Shown: positions 9,148 through 20,705, counted from the stretch's first letter. The stretch: DNA of 64,000 nt from an uncultured Chroococcidiopsis sp. (GCA_964248365.1 CAXTYC010000003.1:210129-274128); one strand, 5' to 3'. Translations and numbers: made by a program. Notes: generated by a model from the sequence alone, not told the origin.

Positions 9148-11304
9148 ATGGTAGAGATTGATAAGTCTATATCCTTTGACGGACGGGATATAAGACTTAA
9201 GGTAGGTCTATTGGCTCCCCAGGCTGGTGGATCTGTGCTAATGCAATCTGGGGACACAGCTGTTTTAGTTACTGCTACTCGCTCTGCTGCTAGAGAGGGT
9301 ATTGATTTTCTACCCCTAACAGTAGACTATGAAGAAAGACTTTATGCCGTAGGTAGAATTCCAGGTGGGTTTTTGCGGCGCGAGGGTCGTCCACCAGAAA
9401 AAGCAATTCTCACTAGCCGTCTGATCGATCGCCCACTGCGTCCCCTGTTTCCTGGTTGGTTACGGGATGATCTGCAAGTTGTTGCCACAACTATGGCAAT
9501 GGATGAGCTTGTACCGCCGGATGTGCTAGCGGTAACTGGTGCTTCGTTAGCTGTGATGCTAGCAAAAATTCCGTTTATGGGACCGATGGCAGCGGTGCGG
9601 GTTGGTTTGGTAGGAGACGATTTCATTATTAATCCCACCTATGCAGAAATTGAAGCCGGAGAATTAGATCTGGTAGTAGCAGGCTCCCCAGAAGGCGTGA
9701 TTATGGTGGAAGCTGGAGCAAACCAACTGTCAGAACAAGACATTATTGAGGCGATTGATTTCGGCTATGAAGCGGTGCGGGACTTGATCAAAGCCCAACA
9801 AGATCTGCTGGCTGAATTGGGAATTGAACAAGTGCAAGAAGCACCGCCCCCATCAGATTCTACCTTGGCTAACTTCATCCGCGATCGCGCGATCAACTCA
9901 ATTAAAAAAATCCTCTCCCAATTCGATCTAGATAAAAACGGTCGGGATGAAGCTTTAGATGAAGTAAAACAATCAATTGTCGCCAGTGTAGCAGAACTAC
10001 CAGAAGACGACCCAATTCGCGTTGCAGTCACATCAGATAGCAAGGCACTTGGGAACACCTTCAAAGATCTAACCAAACAATTGATGCGCCGTCAAATCAT
10101 TGAAGATGGCGTACGGGTGGATGGTCGTAAGCTCGATGAAGTGCGTCCCGTTTCTTGTCAGGTTGGTATTTTACCCCGACGAGTTCACGGTTGCGGTTTG
10201 TTTAACCGAGGGCTAACTCAGGTATTATCCGCTTGTACTCTCGGTACACCAGGAGATGCCCAAAATCTCTTTGATGATCTGCAAACGGATCTGGAAAAGC
10301 GCTATATCCATCATTACAACTTCCCACCCTTCTCGGTTGGGGAAACCAAACCCTTACGCGCCCCAGGTCGCCGCGAAATCGGTCACGGCGCACTAGCAGA
10401 AAGAGCAATACTACCTGTTTTGCCACCAAAAGAAGAATTCCCCTATGTGATTCGGGTGGTGTCGGAAGTTCTTTCTTCTAATGGTTCCACCTCGATGGGT
10501 TCGGTATGCGGTTCAGTCCTAGCTTTGATGGATGCAGGAGTACCAATTACTAAACCTGTTAGCGGCGCAGCAATGGGCTTAATCAAGGAAGGCGATGAAG
10601 TACGTGTCCTGACTGATATTCAGGGCATTGAAGACTTTTTGGGCGACATGGACTTCAAAGTAGCTGGCACAGATAGCGGGATTACAGCCTTACAAATGGA
10701 TATGAAGATCCCAGGTCTTGCTCTGACAATTATTGAACAAGCGATTAAACAGGCTCTAGGGGCGCGTTTGCACATCTTAGAGAAGATGCTTGCCACTATC
10801 GACAAGCCACGTACTGAAACGTCACCTTTTGCCCCGCGTCTGTTGACAATCAAAATCGAGCCAGAATTCATTGGCTTGATCATTGGACCTGGAGGCAAGA
10901 CAATCAAGGGTATCACCGAGGAAACTGGAGCCAAGATCGATATCGAAGATGATGGTACAGTGACAATTTCTGCCCTAGATGAGAGCAAGGCAAAAAAAGC
11001 CCGCAATATTATCCAGGGAATGACACGCAAGCTGCAAGAAGGCGATGTTTATGCTGGTCGTGTGACTCGCATTATCCCAATTGGTGCATTTGTAGAGTTT
11101 TTGCCTGGAAAAGAAGGGATGGTTCACATTTCCCAACTAGCTGACTACCGAGTCGGTAAAGTTGAGGATGAAGTGGCAGTTGGTGATGAAGTAATTGTCA
11201 AAGTGCGGGAGATAGACAATAAAGGTCGGATTAATCTTACCCGCTTGGGTATTCATCCAGAGCAAGCCACAGCAGCACGAGAAGCCGCAGCGGTTGAGCG
11301 TTAA
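9148..11304 (+). CDS. pnp: Polyribonucleotide nucleotidyltransferase (PNPase)
   Basis: [37 protein letters not shown] and S1 domains. Confidence 0.98.
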   Translation: MVEIDKSISFDGRDIRLKVGLLAPQAGGSVLMQSGDTAVLVTATRSAAREGIDFLPLTVDYEERLYAVGRIPGGFLRREGRPPEKAILTSRLIDRPLRPLFPGWLRDDLQVVATTMAMDELVPPDVLAVTGASLAVMLAKIPFMGPMAAVRVGLVGDDFIINPTYAEIEAGELDLVVAGSPEGVIMVEAGANQLSEQDIIEAIDFGYEAVRDLIKAQQDLLAELGIEQVQEAPPPSDSTLANFIRDRAINSIKKILSQFDLDKNGRDEALDEVKQSIVASVAELPEDDPIRVAVTSDSKALGNTFKDLTKQLMRRQIIEDGVRVDGRKLDEVRPVSCQVGILPRRVHGCGLFNRGLTQVLSACTLGTPGDAQNLFDDLQTDLEKRYIHHYNFPPFSVGETKPLRAPGRREIGHGALAERAILPVLPPKEEFPYVIRVVSEVLSSNGSTSMGSVCGSVLALMDAGVPITKPVSGAAMGLIKEGDEVRVLTDIQGIEDFLGDMDFKVAGTDSGITALQMDMKIPGLALTIIEQAIKQALGARLHILEKMLATIDKPRTETSPFAPRLLTIKIEPEFIGLIIGPGGKTIKGITEETGAKIDIEDDGTVTISALDESKAKKARNIIQGMTRKLQEGDVYAGRVTRIIPIGAFVEFLPGKEGMVHISQLADYRVGKVEDEVAVGDEVIVKVREIDNKGRINLTRLGIHPEQATAAREAAAVER

Positions 11305-11309
11305 TTTCT

Positions 11310-11545
11310 AGCTGTTAGCTGTTACCAGTTACCAGAGCTAAAAGCTAATCGCTAAAAGCTAAAAGCGCGCTCGCTTTTATTTCGAGATTTTAGATGTTGA
11401 ATTCATTGCAAATCTAAAATCCGTCTGGCGATCTGGCGATCGCCAGATCTGGTATCACTAGGCAGTTACCAGTTACCAGTTACCAGTTACAGCTAAAAGC
11501 TAATAGCTAATAGCTAATCGCTAAAAGCTAACAGCGCGCTCGCTG
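11310..11545. repeat. STRR-type heptamer tandem repeats (TTACCAG)n and (AAAAGCT/ATAGCTA)n, with a 20-bp HIP1-centred palindrome at 11430-11449
   Basis: Direct reading; GATCTGGCGATCGCCAGATC is a perfect palindrome. Confidence 0.8.
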
Positions 11546-11633
11546 ATTTAAGCCCTTTTGCCTCAAACGACCCCCTAAAGCATTAAACTATTGTTTACAT
11601 TTCGTAGTGTTCTAAGAAAAGATCGAGTCACCT

Positions 11634-12359
11634 GTGCGGAAAATAGTTATTGCTGGCAATTGGAAAATGTTCAAAACCCAGGCAGAGTCCCAAGAATTTT
11701 TACAGGGATTTCTACCCAGCCTAGAGGAAACACCCGCCGAAAGGGAAATAGTCTTGTGCGCTCCATTCACTGCTTTAAGCATCCTATCCAAGAATTTGCA
11801 CGGGGCGATCGTGCAGCTAGGCGCGCAAAACATCCACTGGGAAGAGTATGGAGCTTACACGGGTGAAATCTCAGGTCCCATGCTGCAAGAAATAGGAGTA
11901 CGCTATGTGATTGTCGGTCACAGTGAACGACGGCAATACTTTGGGGAAACCGATGAAACTGTTAATCGGCGGCTAAAAGCAGCTCAGCGTTATGGACTAA
12001 TCCCAATTCTTTGTGTGGGAGAAACCAAACAACAACGGGATGCAGGTGAAACCGAAGCACTGATCTCGATGCAATTAGAAAAAGATCTGGTAGATGTCGA
12101 TCAGCAAAACCTAGTAATTGCTTACGAACCAATTTGGGCGATTGGTACTGGCGACACTTGCGAATCAATAGAAGCCAACCGCGTAATTGGTTTAATTCGT
12201 AGCCAGCTAACTAATCCTAACGTGTCAATTCAATATGGCGGTTCCGTTAAACCCAACAACATTGATGAAATCATGGCTCAGCCAGAAATCGACGGTGCTT
12301 TAGTCGGTGGAGCAAGCCTAGAACCCGCCAGCTTCGCTCGCATTGTCAACTATAAATGA
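11634..12359 (+). CDS. tpiA: Triosephosphate isomerase
   Basis: [39 protein letters not shown] start. Confidence 0.98.
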   Translation: MRKIVIAGNWKMFKTQAESQEFLQGFLPSLEETPAEREIVLCAPFTALSILSKNLHGAIVQLGAQNIHWEEYGAYTGEISGPMLQEIGVRYVIVGHSERRQYFGETDETVNRRLKAAQRYGLIPILCVGETKQQRDAGETEALISMQLEKDLVDVDQQNLVIAYEPIWAIGTGDTCESIEANRVIGLIRSQLTNPNVSIQYGGSVKPNNIDEIMAQPEIDGALVGGASLEPASFARIVNYK

Positions 12360-12377
12360 AGGCAAAAAGGATAAAGG

Positions 12378-13343
12378 ATGAAGGATGAAGGAGGCAGGGG
12401 GGCAGAGGGGCAAGGGGCGCAAGGGGCAGAGGAATCGGACTGGGTTGAAGAAAGTTCCTCTGTTTGCGCCTTTGTGTCTTTGCGTGACCAAAATCCAAAA
12501 TCTAAAATCAAAAATCCCCTAGTAATCCGAGGACATACCTTTGAGTGGGGAAAGCGCACGTATCTCATGGGAGTGCTGAACGTAACGCCTGATAGCTTTA
12601 GCGATGGTGGCGAGTTCAACACCCCAGATGCGGCTTTAGTGCAGGCGCAGCAGCTTATAGCAGCAGCAGACATAATTGATGTGGGCGGACAGTCAACGCG
12701 ACCTGACGCTGTTGAAATTTCTCTGGAAGAAGAACTAGAGCGAGTGCTGTCCGTCTTGCAGTTGCTACGACCAAATATTTCAGTACCAATTTCAGTAGAT
12801 ACAACTAGGGCAGCTGTCGCAAAGGCTGCTGTTGCTGCTGGGGCGGATATAATTAATGACATTTCTGGGGGGACTTTTGACCCTGAAATGTTGCCGACTG
12901 TAGCCCTTTTGGGTGTGCCAATTGTGTTGATGCACATTCGAGGTACACCTCAAACAATGCAGCAGCTAACCCATTATCAAGATTTAATTGGCGAAATTTA
13001 TCAGTTTCTCGAAAGTAGGATTACTGATGCGATCGCAATTGGAATTCACCCAGATAAAATCATTATTGATCCTGGTATTGGGTTTGCCAAGAAATACAAC
13101 CAGAGTTTAGAAATTATTCGCCGTCTATCAGAATTTCGTTCACTCAACTGCCCCATCTTAGTAGGAGCATCTCGCAAAAGTTTCATTGGTCATATCTTAA
13201 ATCAACCACTTCCAAAAGCGCGAATTTGGGGAACAGCAGCGGCTTGTAGTGCAGCGATAGCTAGTGGTGCTGATATCTTACGAGTGCATGATGTCACTCA
13301 AATGCGGGATGTTAGCCGAGTTGCTGATGCTATATATAGGTGA
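12378..13343 (+). CDS. folP: Dihydropteroate synthase (start uncertain; possibly GTG 12474 or TTG 12480)
   Basis: MGVLNVTPDSFSDGG, IDPGIGFAK, GASRKSF, LRVHDV; first ~45 codons are repeat-derived. Confidence 0.95.
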   Translation: MKDEGGRGAEGQGAQGAEESDWVEESSSVCAFVSLRDQNPKSKIKNPLVIRGHTFEWGKRTYLMGVLNVTPDSFSDGGEFNTPDAALVQAQQLIAAADIIDVGGQSTRPDAVEISLEEELERVLSVLQLLRPNISVPISVDTTRAAVAKAAVAAGADIINDISGGTFDPEMLPTVALLGVPIVLMHIRGTPQTMQQLTHYQDLIGEIYQFLESRITDAIAIGIHPDKIIIDPGIGFAKKYNQSLEIIRRLSEFRSLNCPILVGASRKSFIGHILNQPLPKARIWGTAAACSAAIASGADILRVHDVTQMRDVSRVADAIYR

Positions 13344-13404
13344 ACTCCTCAGATGTAAGGGCGGGTTTAATTGAGATCTTGCAGCATTCTTAATCAGTAC
13401 CAAA

Positions 13405-13703
13405 ACCCGCCTTGAAATTAATGTCAAGGAACCAATAACTTAAGTGCGTTTAAACGCACTGGTTGCCTCAAACAGTAGACCTCTTGCAAAAGTCTTTTTT
13501 TTTGTTTCGCGCAATAGACTTGGACACCCCCCCCCGACCCCACGTAAAGTGTCCGCGCAAAGCCGCGATCGTTCGGAGGCAAAAAGTCTCGCGCAATTCT
13601 CCCTATGCAAGAAGTCTAGTAGCTAGTCAGATTCATTCGAAGGAAGCTGTAAGCCGAGGAATTTATTCCCTAGCGGACTTGGACACGTGGTGCAAGATGT
13701 GAA
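13405..13703. mobile_element. MITE family A copy (right end GGTGCAAGATGTGA), interrupted by a nested element; left end degenerate
   Basis: Reverse-complement homologous to 15535-15690, including palindrome GTGCGTTTAAACGCAC. Confidence 0.75.
13477..13617. mobile_element. Nested MITE B with TIRs AGACCTCTTGCA/TGCAAGAAGTCT and 3-bp target duplication AGT
   Basis: AGT at 13474-13476 and 13618-13620; empty site CCTCAAACAGTAGCCAGTC present (reverse strand) in the copy at ~15610-15628. Confidence 0.85.
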
Positions 13704-13832
13704 TTAACCTAGATTTGGGTAAAAAACGAGTTAAAAGCAATAAACCCGCCCTATTGTAAGAAGCTTAATAGTTAAATAGCCTTTGTCAGTGGGAATCCTA
13801 AAAGTAAAAGGATAATCCCCAGATCTACGGTT

Positions 13833-15419
13833 ATGACTCAGCCCAATATTAAAGAACTCGTGCAGACAGATGTAAATGCGATCGCACTTTTGCTGAATGA
13901 ATCTTTACAACCTCAAGGAATCACTGCCAAAGCTGTTCTTAAGGATGTTTGCTTACAAATTATGCTGGAATCAGCCCAAGTTCCAGATCAAAATCTAGTA
14001 GTCCCGCTGCGCAATCAGTTGGTTACTTTAAATATCCAATCTTGCAAAAAAGTCAAAATATACGGACGACAGATAGGCGAAGATTTCCCAGATTGGCAAC
14101 ACGAGTTTGACTTAGAGGAACAGGTAAACTCGCTTTCATTAAAAACTGAAGCGGCTGTTGAAGTTGAATCCTTAATACCTAGTCCAGATCTAGAGCAAGA
14201 GCAACATTCATTACAATCTGCACAAGTGGCACAAGCTAAACCTCAAAAACAAGAAGCTCAAAAGACTGAGGAAGTATCTATTTGGGGGTCAATTTTTGGA
14301 GCAGTAGCAGGGGCTGTAGGCGCAGTTGGGGGTGCTGCTGTCGGGGCAGGTGGAGCGGTTGCCGGAACAGTTGTAGGAACTGCCGGAGCCATTGGCGGTG
14401 CTGCTGTCGGGGCAGGTGGGGCAGTCGTTGGCACAGCTGTAGGTGTTGGTGGGGCGATCGCGGGGGCTGCTGTTCAAGCACCGGAAGGATTAGGGCATTT
14501 GCTGGGCTTGGTTGGTGATAGCCCTCAGCTACAACAGCTAACCAAAACTTTGCAGGTGGATTGGTTGTTAAAAATCATAGATCAAGTAGATATTGTTAAA
14601 GCAGAAACTCATGTCAGAAACCTACAGCAAAAATATCCTCATGAACAGGCGAGTGATATTGCTCATCGTCTGATGGTAGAAAAGTCTATCTATGTAGGAG
14701 GATCGGGACTAGCTAGTAGTCTATTACCTGGATTTGCCTCTGCCTTGCTTGCGGTTGATTTGACTACCACTACTGCAATACAAGCGGAAATGGTTTATTA
14801 AATTGCCTGTGCTTATGAACTTGACTTACAACAGCCAGCGAGAAAGGGCGAAGTTATAGCGATTTTTGGTTTGGCATTCGGTGGCGGGTGCGCTATTAAG
14901 GCAGGACTAGGTTTTCTGCGAAATGTACCTGTTGCAGGAGCTGTAATTGGTGCTAGCACTAATGCAGCAATGCTGTATGCACTAGGAGAAGGAGCGTGTC
15001 GATTCTACGAAGCAAAACTCAATGGGCTGACTTCTGAGGCGACACTAGCTGCTTGTGAGGCAGAAAGTGAGAAATATTTAGAAGTGGCGATCGCTCAAGA
15101 AGTTGTCATGGATCAGATTTTAGTTCACGTTGTTTTGGCTGGTAATCCTGGTAAAACATGGGAACAGATTTTGCCCCTTTTGCAAACTTTGAACCTCAGC
15201 CCTGCTTCTTTAGAGAGAATTGCTGCTAATATCAAATCGCCACCATCTTTAGAGTCATTACTCAATCAAATCAACCGTGATTTTGCTATACCACTGCTGG
15301 CTCAATGTGACAAAATTGCTCAATTAGACGGAGTAACTACAAAAGAAGAGGAACAGGTGATAGAAACAATTACCAAGAAATTTGGTATTGATATTGATTC
15401 TCACAAGGCAAACGATTAG
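13833..15419 (+). pseudogene. EcsC-like membrane protein with Gly/Ala repeats and TerB-like C-terminus, split by an in-frame TAA at 14799-14801
   Basis: ORFs 13833-14801 and 14871-15419 are in the same frame; read-through gives EMVY*IACAYELDLQQPARKGEVIAIFGLAFG (expected Q at the stop). Confidence 0.8.
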
Positions 15420-15478
15420 TACCCATTAATCTTTACATTGAATTACCCCAAATCGATTAGAGCAATCAAATTTTGAGT

Positions 15479-15530
15479 AATGTAAGAAGCGATCGCAAGA
15501 TTGAATTGGTTGTGCGATCGCTTTTACATT
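15479..15530. terminator. Hairpin with HIP1 in both arms downstream of the EcsC-like gene
   Basis: AATGTAAGAAGCGATCGCA...TGCGATCGCTTTTACATT. Confidence 0.55.
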
Positions 15531-15534
15531 AAGT

Positions 15535-15709
15535 TCACATCTTGCACCACGTCTGTCTAGTCCGCCAAGGCATACATTCCTCAGCTTACAGCCTCCTTCG
15601 GATGAATCCGACTGGCTACTGTTTGAGGAGTGCGAGTGCGTTTAAACGCACTTGAGTAATTAGCCTGGAACTTAAGTTCTAGGCGGATAGGGTAAGGTGC
15701 AAGATCTGA
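15535..15709. mobile_element. MITE family A, intact copy
   Basis: TIRs TCACATCTTGCACC / GGTGCAAGATCTGA; no ORF. Confidence 0.8.
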
Positions 15710-15857
15710 GTTAAGCCTTAAAAGCAATACACCTCTAGGATGATGAATGATCAAAAACACTGCGATGAGCTAGTAGATCAACACTACATATCCTCTTCTA
15801 AGTTGGGTGAACTGTGTAGTGGTGCGGTTCCAACAGGGAAGTGTCGAAAGGTGAATT

Positions 15858-16721
15858 ATGGAAGCAAAAACCCTTGTCTTACCTACAGATGGTGGAAGAC
15901 CTGACTTTCAAACGGGCGAAATCTTCTTTATTGGAACCGCCACTGTGCTTTTGCGCTACGCAGGATTCACGATTCTCACTGATCCGAACTTTTTACATAA
16001 AGGGGATCATGTGCATTTACATTACGGTATCCGCTCGGCTCGGAAGACGAATCCAGCCATAGAAATGGAAGAGTTACCGCAGCTTGATTTTGTCTTGCTG
16101 TCCCATATGCACGAAGATCATTTTGACCGCGTAGTAGAGCAAAAACTCGACAAAAACTTGCCAATTGTCACCACACCTCATGCAGCAGAGAAACTTAAAA
16201 AGAAAGGTTTCAATTCAACGCAAGCACTCAACACCTGGGAAACGCTAACTGTTACCAAAGGTAATAGCTTACTTCGCATTAGCTCTATGCCAGGAAGACA
16301 TGGACCTGGTATTCTGGATGTCCTGCTACCGCCTGTGATGGGAAGTATGCTAGAGTTTGGGCAAGCTACAGGAGAAAATCTTTTTCGCCTCTACATTACT
16401 GGCGATACGCTGCTATATGACCAATTGAAGGAGATTCCCAAACGCTATCCTGATATTGACCTAGCGTTGCTACACCTGGGAGGAACAAAGATATTTGGAG
16501 TTGTCTTGACTATGGATGCAAAGCAAGGAGTGCAGGCGATTCAGATTATTGCTCCCGAAACTGCAATACCTATTCATTACAATGATTACACTGTTTTCAA
16601 GTCACCGTTGTCAGACTTTATGAAAGCAGTGACAGCAGCAGGTTTGGAACATAAAGTTAGATACTTGAGTCATGGTGAGACTTACAAGTTCTCAGCCAGG
16701 GCGACTCGTAATAAACAATAA
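15858..16721 (+). CDS. MBL-fold metallo-hydrolase
   Basis: FIGTATVLL, LTDPNF, LSHMHEDHFD, YITGDT, IPIHY. Confidence 0.9.
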   Translation: MEAKTLVLPTDGGRPDFQTGEIFFIGTATVLLRYAGFTILTDPNFLHKGDHVHLHYGIRSARKTNPAIEMEELPQLDFVLLSHMHEDHFDRVVEQKLDKNLPIVTTPHAAEKLKKKGFNSTQALNTWETLTVTKGNSLLRISSMPGRHGPGILDVLLPPVMGSMLEFGQATGENLFRLYITGDTLLYDQLKEIPKRYPDIDLALLHLGGTKIFGVVLTMDAKQGVQAIQIIAPETAIPIHYNDYTVFKSPLSDFMKAVTAAGLEHKVRYLSHGETYKFSARATRNKQ

Positions 16722-16730
16722 TAAATTTCT

Positions 16731-16784
16731 AGTATGCCACCCATGCGCACCATTATTAGATTTGGTGGGCATGGGTGGCATACT
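16731..16784. repeat. Palindromic repeat AGTATGCCACCCATGCGCACC...GGTGGGCATGGGTGGCATACT
   Basis: Near-perfect inverted repeat; same family as 5356-5481. Confidence 0.75.
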
Positions 16785-16836
16785 AAAGCTTGACAATACT
16801 GCAATTATGTGTATGTGGTTGAGCGGCGCGATCGCC

Positions 16837-16866
16837 AAAAAAAGGACAGATTTCTAAATCTGCCCT
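16837..16866 (-). terminator. Rho-independent terminator of ndhF1-ndhD1
   Basis: Minus strand AGGGCAGATTTAGAAATCTGTCCTTTTTT, stem plus U-tract 22 nt after the ndhD1 stop. Confidence 0.7.
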
Positions 16867-16888
16867 AATATTTATTAAGTTATCGGCA

Positions 16889-18463
16889 CTAGTTATTAGC
16901 AGCAATCTCTGGAGCTAGGAAAGATACTGTTGGTACTTGCTGTTTTTGGGCTAATGTTGGCACTGATTCACGTATACGCTGCGTTAGCTGTATAGTAGTG
17001 GCATCGTACACCTGAGTCAGCATTTTGGGATACAAACCAATCCCAATAATTGGTACTAACAGACAGGCAATGATAAATATTTCTCGCGGTTCTGCATCGA
17101 TTAATGCTTCGTGAGAAACTAATTTTTTGTTCTCTTGTCCGTAGAAAATTTCTCGCAGCATTGACAGCAGGTAAATCGGCGTGAGGATGACACCAACTGC
17201 CATCAGGAAGACTACAATTAGTTTGAAAGTAGGGTTATAAGCATCGCTGGTAGCAAAACCAACAAACACCATCAACTCTGCCACAAATCCACTCATTCCA
17301 GGCAGTGCTAGAGATGCCATAGAACAAGTAGTCCACATGGCGAAAATCTTGCTCATCTTCTGCCCCACGCCGCCCATTTCATCTAGCATCAGGGTATGGG
17401 TGCGATCGTAAGTTGCTCCTACTAGGAAGAATAAACTTGCCCCAATCATTCCATGAGAAATCATTTGCAGCATCGCACCGTTTAAGCCTAAATCGGTGAA
17501 ACTAGCAATACCAATTACTACAAACCCCATGTGGGAAATGGAAGAATAAGCAATTTTCCGCTTCAAGTTGCGCTGGGCAAACGATGTCAGGGCTGCATAA
17601 ATGATATTTACTATACCCAGAATTACCAACGCTGGTGCATAAAAGGCGTGCGCATCGGGTAGCATTCCTACATTCATGCGAATCAAAGCGTATCCGCCCA
17701 TTTTTAGGAGGATTCCAGCCAGTAACATATGTACTGGGGCTGTGGCTTCGCCATGAGCGTCTGGTAGCCAGGTGTGGAGGGGGAAGATGGGGAGTTTGAC
17801 AGCGTAGGCAATAAAGAAGGCAGCGTAAACCCAGAGTTGGAAATTGAGGGCGTAATCTTTAGCGGCAAGCGATCGCATATCAAATGTGACTGTATCGCCG
17901 TAAAACGCCATCGTCAAGGCAGCTACCAAAATAAACAGCGATCCGCCTGCGGTATAAAGAATAAACTTCGTCGCTGCGTATTGGCGCTTTTTGCCCCCCC
18001 AAATTGCCAGCAGCAAATAGACGGGAATCAGTTCTAGTTCCCAAACCAGGAAAAAGAGCAACATATCCTGAACAGCGAAGACGGCAATTTGACCGCCATA
18101 CATTGCCAGGATCAAGAAGTAAAATAGCCGAGGCTTTAGGGTGACGGGCCATGCTGCCAAAGTCGCCAGGGTGGTAATAAACCCAGTCAGGATAACTAGG
18201 GGCATCGATACACCATCAACACCCACTGACCAATTCAAGTCTAGCTGCGGAACCCAAGAGTAACTTTCAAACAGTTGCAAACCTGAATCATTCAAGTCGT
18301 AACCGGAATAGAAAGCATAGACGATGAAGGCAAAATCAATTAGCCCTACAATCAAGGCATACCAGCGCACTGTCTTGCCGTCTTTGTCTGGTATAAACGG
18401 AATCAACAGCGATGCCGCGATGGGGAACAGAATTATCGTTGTCAGCCAAGGAAATGTAGCCAT
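16889..18463 (-). CDS. ndhD1: NAD(P)H-quinone oxidoreductase subunit 4
   Basis: [48 protein letters not shown]; downstream of ndhF1. Confidence 0.95.
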   Translation of the reverse strand: MATFPWLTTIILFPIAASLLIPFIPDKDGKTVRWYALIVGLIDFAFIVYAFYSGYDLNDSGLQLFESYSWVPQLDLNWSVGVDGVSMPLVILTGFITTLATLAAWPVTLKPRLFYFLILAMYGGQIAVFAVQDMLLFFLVWELELIPVYLLLAIWGGKKRQYAATKFILYTAGGSLFILVAALTMAFYGDTVTFDMRSLAAKDYALNFQLWVYAAFFIAYAVKLPIFPLHTWLPDAHGEATAPVHMLLAGILLKMGGYALIRMNVGMLPDAHAFYAPALVILGIVNIIYAALTSFAQRNLKRKIAYSSISHMGFVVIGIASFTDLGLNGAMLQMISHGMIGASLFFLVGATYDRTHTLMLDEMGGVGQKMSKIFAMWTTCSMASLALPGMSGFVAELMVFVGFATSDAYNPTFKLIVVFLMAVGVILTPIYLLSMLREIFYGQENKKLVSHEALIDAEPREIFIIACLLVPIIGIGLYPKMLTQVYDATTIQLTQRIRESVPTLAQKQQVPTVSFLAPEIAANN

Positions 18464-18465
18464 AC

Positions 18466-18615
18466 GATTTTGGATTTTGGATTTTGGATTTTAGATTAAA
18501 GCTACGTCAATTTTGGATTTTGATTTTGGATTAAAGAGTTACTCGTCAACTTTTAACATCTTTTGTTCTGACAAGTTTTCCCCAATCCAAAATCTAAAAT
18601 CTAAAATCTAAAATC
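18466..18615. repeat. Opposed STRR heptamer tracts (TTTTGGA)n and (AAAATCT)n in the ndhF-ndhD spacer
   Basis: Direct reading; the two tracts are reverse-complementary. Confidence 0.75.
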
Positions 18616-18617
18616 GC

Positions 18618-20705
18618 CTATGTCACACTAAAAACAACCACCAAGCCCAGTACGGCGGCGAAAATGATCAGAGCGTAAAATTGAGCGCGACCGTTTTCTA
18701 GGTATTTCAAGCCTTCGCCACTTACCAAAGTGAAGAAGCCTGTCAAGTTAACAGCACCATCGACAACTCGATAGTCTACTTCCATTACTTGTCGGGCTAT
18801 GCGGCGGCTACCTTGCACGAATACGCGATCGTAAATATCGTCAAAGTACCACTTATGAACAGACAACTCGTAGAGTGGTTTAATTTTCTGCGCGATCGCA
18901 CTAGGATCAATTTTGCGCCACAAGTACATCAGCGAAGCTAGGGTAATCCCAATTAGGGAAATTCCTACCGAACTACCCGCCAGAACGTAAAATTCTGACA
19001 TATTAAACTCGGCAGCTTTTTCCATCACTTCCGCCGCCGTTTCGCTAGGTGGATAGATGAACTCCTCAAAGTAGTTGGCATAAGGTGTTCCCACCAAACC
19101 AATCAAAATTGAAGGAATTGCTAACAACATCAACGGTAGAGTCATCGTCCAAGGTGACTCATGAGGATATTCACTGTGATGCCCGTGACTGTCATGTGAG
19201 GGCGAGGTTGCCGCTAGTTCTCTGGTATCCATTGCCCCAGGACCAAAGGCAGGGGTTGGTGACACCACTCTCACGGCTTTTCCAAGGTCTATTGACTTGA
19301 GTTCCTGCCGAAGTTCAGTTTTATTTCCTCGGAATTGACCTTCAAACGTGCAGAAATACATTCTGAACATATAGAAAGCTGTAATTCCTGCCGTTAGCCA
19401 ACCTACAGCCCAGAGAAAGGGATTAGCGGCAAAGGCTGCGCCGAGAACTTCATCTTTTGACCAAAAGCCAGCAAAAGGCGGTATCCCTGAAATTGCCAAA
19501 CAACCAATTAAGAAGGTAATTGCCGTAACTGGCATATACTTACGCAATTGCCCCATGAGCCGCATATCCTGGGGCAAAGTTGGGTCGTGTCCGACAACTG
19601 CTTCCATGCCATGAATCACTGATCCAGAGCCAAGGAATAGCATTGCTTTAAAGTAAGCATGGGTCATGAGATGGAATAGTCCAGCGCTATAAGCGCCTAC
19701 ACCCATTGCCATCACCATGTAACCGAGCTGAGAAATCGTCGAGTAAGCTAATCCTTTTTTGATGTCGTTTTGGGTAATTGCGATCGTTGCACCCAAAAAG
19801 GCTGTAAATGCACCAGTAAAGGCAATAATATTCATTGCCGCTGGTACACCTTCAAACAGTGGGTACATCCGAGCAATCAGAAATACCCCTGCTGCCACCA
19901 TTGTTGCGGCGTGGATCAAGGCTGAAATGGGGGTGGGACCTTCCATTGCATCCGGTAGCCAGACATGAAGCGGAAATTGGGCTGATTTGGCTACGGGACC
20001 CAAAAAGACTAATACGGCGAACAAAGCGGCTAGAAAACTGCTCAGGGAGCCTGATTGTACTAGCTCTTGTAGGCGATCGCCTATCACTTCAAACTCGAAG
20101 CTCCCAGTTGCCCAGAAAAGCCCCAAAATACCCAATAGCAAACCGAAGTCACCGACTCGGTTCACCACAAATGCTTTTTGGGCAGCATCAGCCGCTGACT
20201 TGCGGTCATACCAGAAACCAACCAGTAAGTACGAACACATACCGACCAGTTCCCAAAAAATATAAATCTGCACGATATTGGGGCTAACCACTAAACCCAA
20301 CATCGAGGAGCTAAACAAGCTTAGGTAGGCATAGAAGCGCACGTATCCAGGGTCGTGAGCCATGTAGCCATCGGTGTATACCATCACCAGAAAAGCCACC
20401 GTCGTTACAATCACCAACATCATCGCTGTTAGGTGGTCGATGACGTATCCCATGCTCAAGTGGAAATTTCCCGCTGCTGCCCATTCGATTGTTGTGGTAT
20501 AGGGCGCGTGTCCTTGAATTTGACTCCAGAGTAGTGCAAAAGATAGAGTCATCGCCGCTCCTAAAAGAGAGACGATAAATACAGCATTCAATTGCCGCCG
20601 GCGGTTCGTCGCCTGATTTGCCGATATTAACCCCAGACCGACCAGCATCGCCCCAGCTAGAGGTAATACCGGAATCAGCCAGGCATACTGATAGATTGCT
20701 TCCAT
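18618..20705 (-). CDS. ndhF1: NAD(P)H-quinone oxidoreductase subunit 5 (start corrected to MEAIYQYAWL at 20705)
   Basis: YQYAWLIPVLPL, KSAQFPLHVWLPDAMEGPTP, DIKKGLAYST, GRAQFY. Confidence 0.95.
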   Translation of the reverse strand: MEAIYQYAWLIPVLPLAGAMLVGLGLISANQATNRRRQLNAVFIVSLLGAAMTLSFALLWSQIQGHAPYTTTIEWAAAGNFHLSMGYVIDHLTAMMLVIVTTVAFLVMVYTDGYMAHDPGYVRFYAYLSLFSSSMLGLVVSPNIVQIYIFWELVGMCSYLLVGFWYDRKSAADAAQKAFVVNRVGDFGLLLGILGLFWATGSFEFEVIGDRLQELVQSGSLSSFLAALFAVLVFLGPVAKSAQFPLHVWLPDAMEGPTPISALIHAATMVAAGVFLIARMYPLFEGVPAAMNIIAFTGAFTAFLGATIAITQNDIKKGLAYSTISQLGYMVMAMGVGAYSAGLFHLMTHAYFKAMLFLGSGSVIHGMEAVVGHDPTLPQDMRLMGQLRKYMPVTAITFLIGCLAISGIPPFAGFWSKDEVLGAAFAANPFLWAVGWLTAGITAFYMFRMYFCTFEGQFRGNKTELRQELKSIDLGKAVRVVSPTPAFGPGAMDTRELAATSPSHDSHGHHSEYPHESPWTMTLPLMLLAIPSILIGLVGTPYANYFEEFIYPPSETAAEVMEKAAEFNMSEFYVLAGSSVGISLIGITLASLMYLWRKIDPSAIAQKIKPLYELSVHKWYFDDIYDRVFVQGSRRIARQVMEVDYRVVDGAVNLTGFFTLVSGEGLKYLENGRAQFYALIIFAAVLGLVVVFSVT

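Noticed and set aside
14282..14518. Cys/Arg-rich 78-aa ORF resembling a RiPP or metallothionein
   Set aside because: Alternate-frame shadow of the Gly/Ala repeat in the EcsC-like gene
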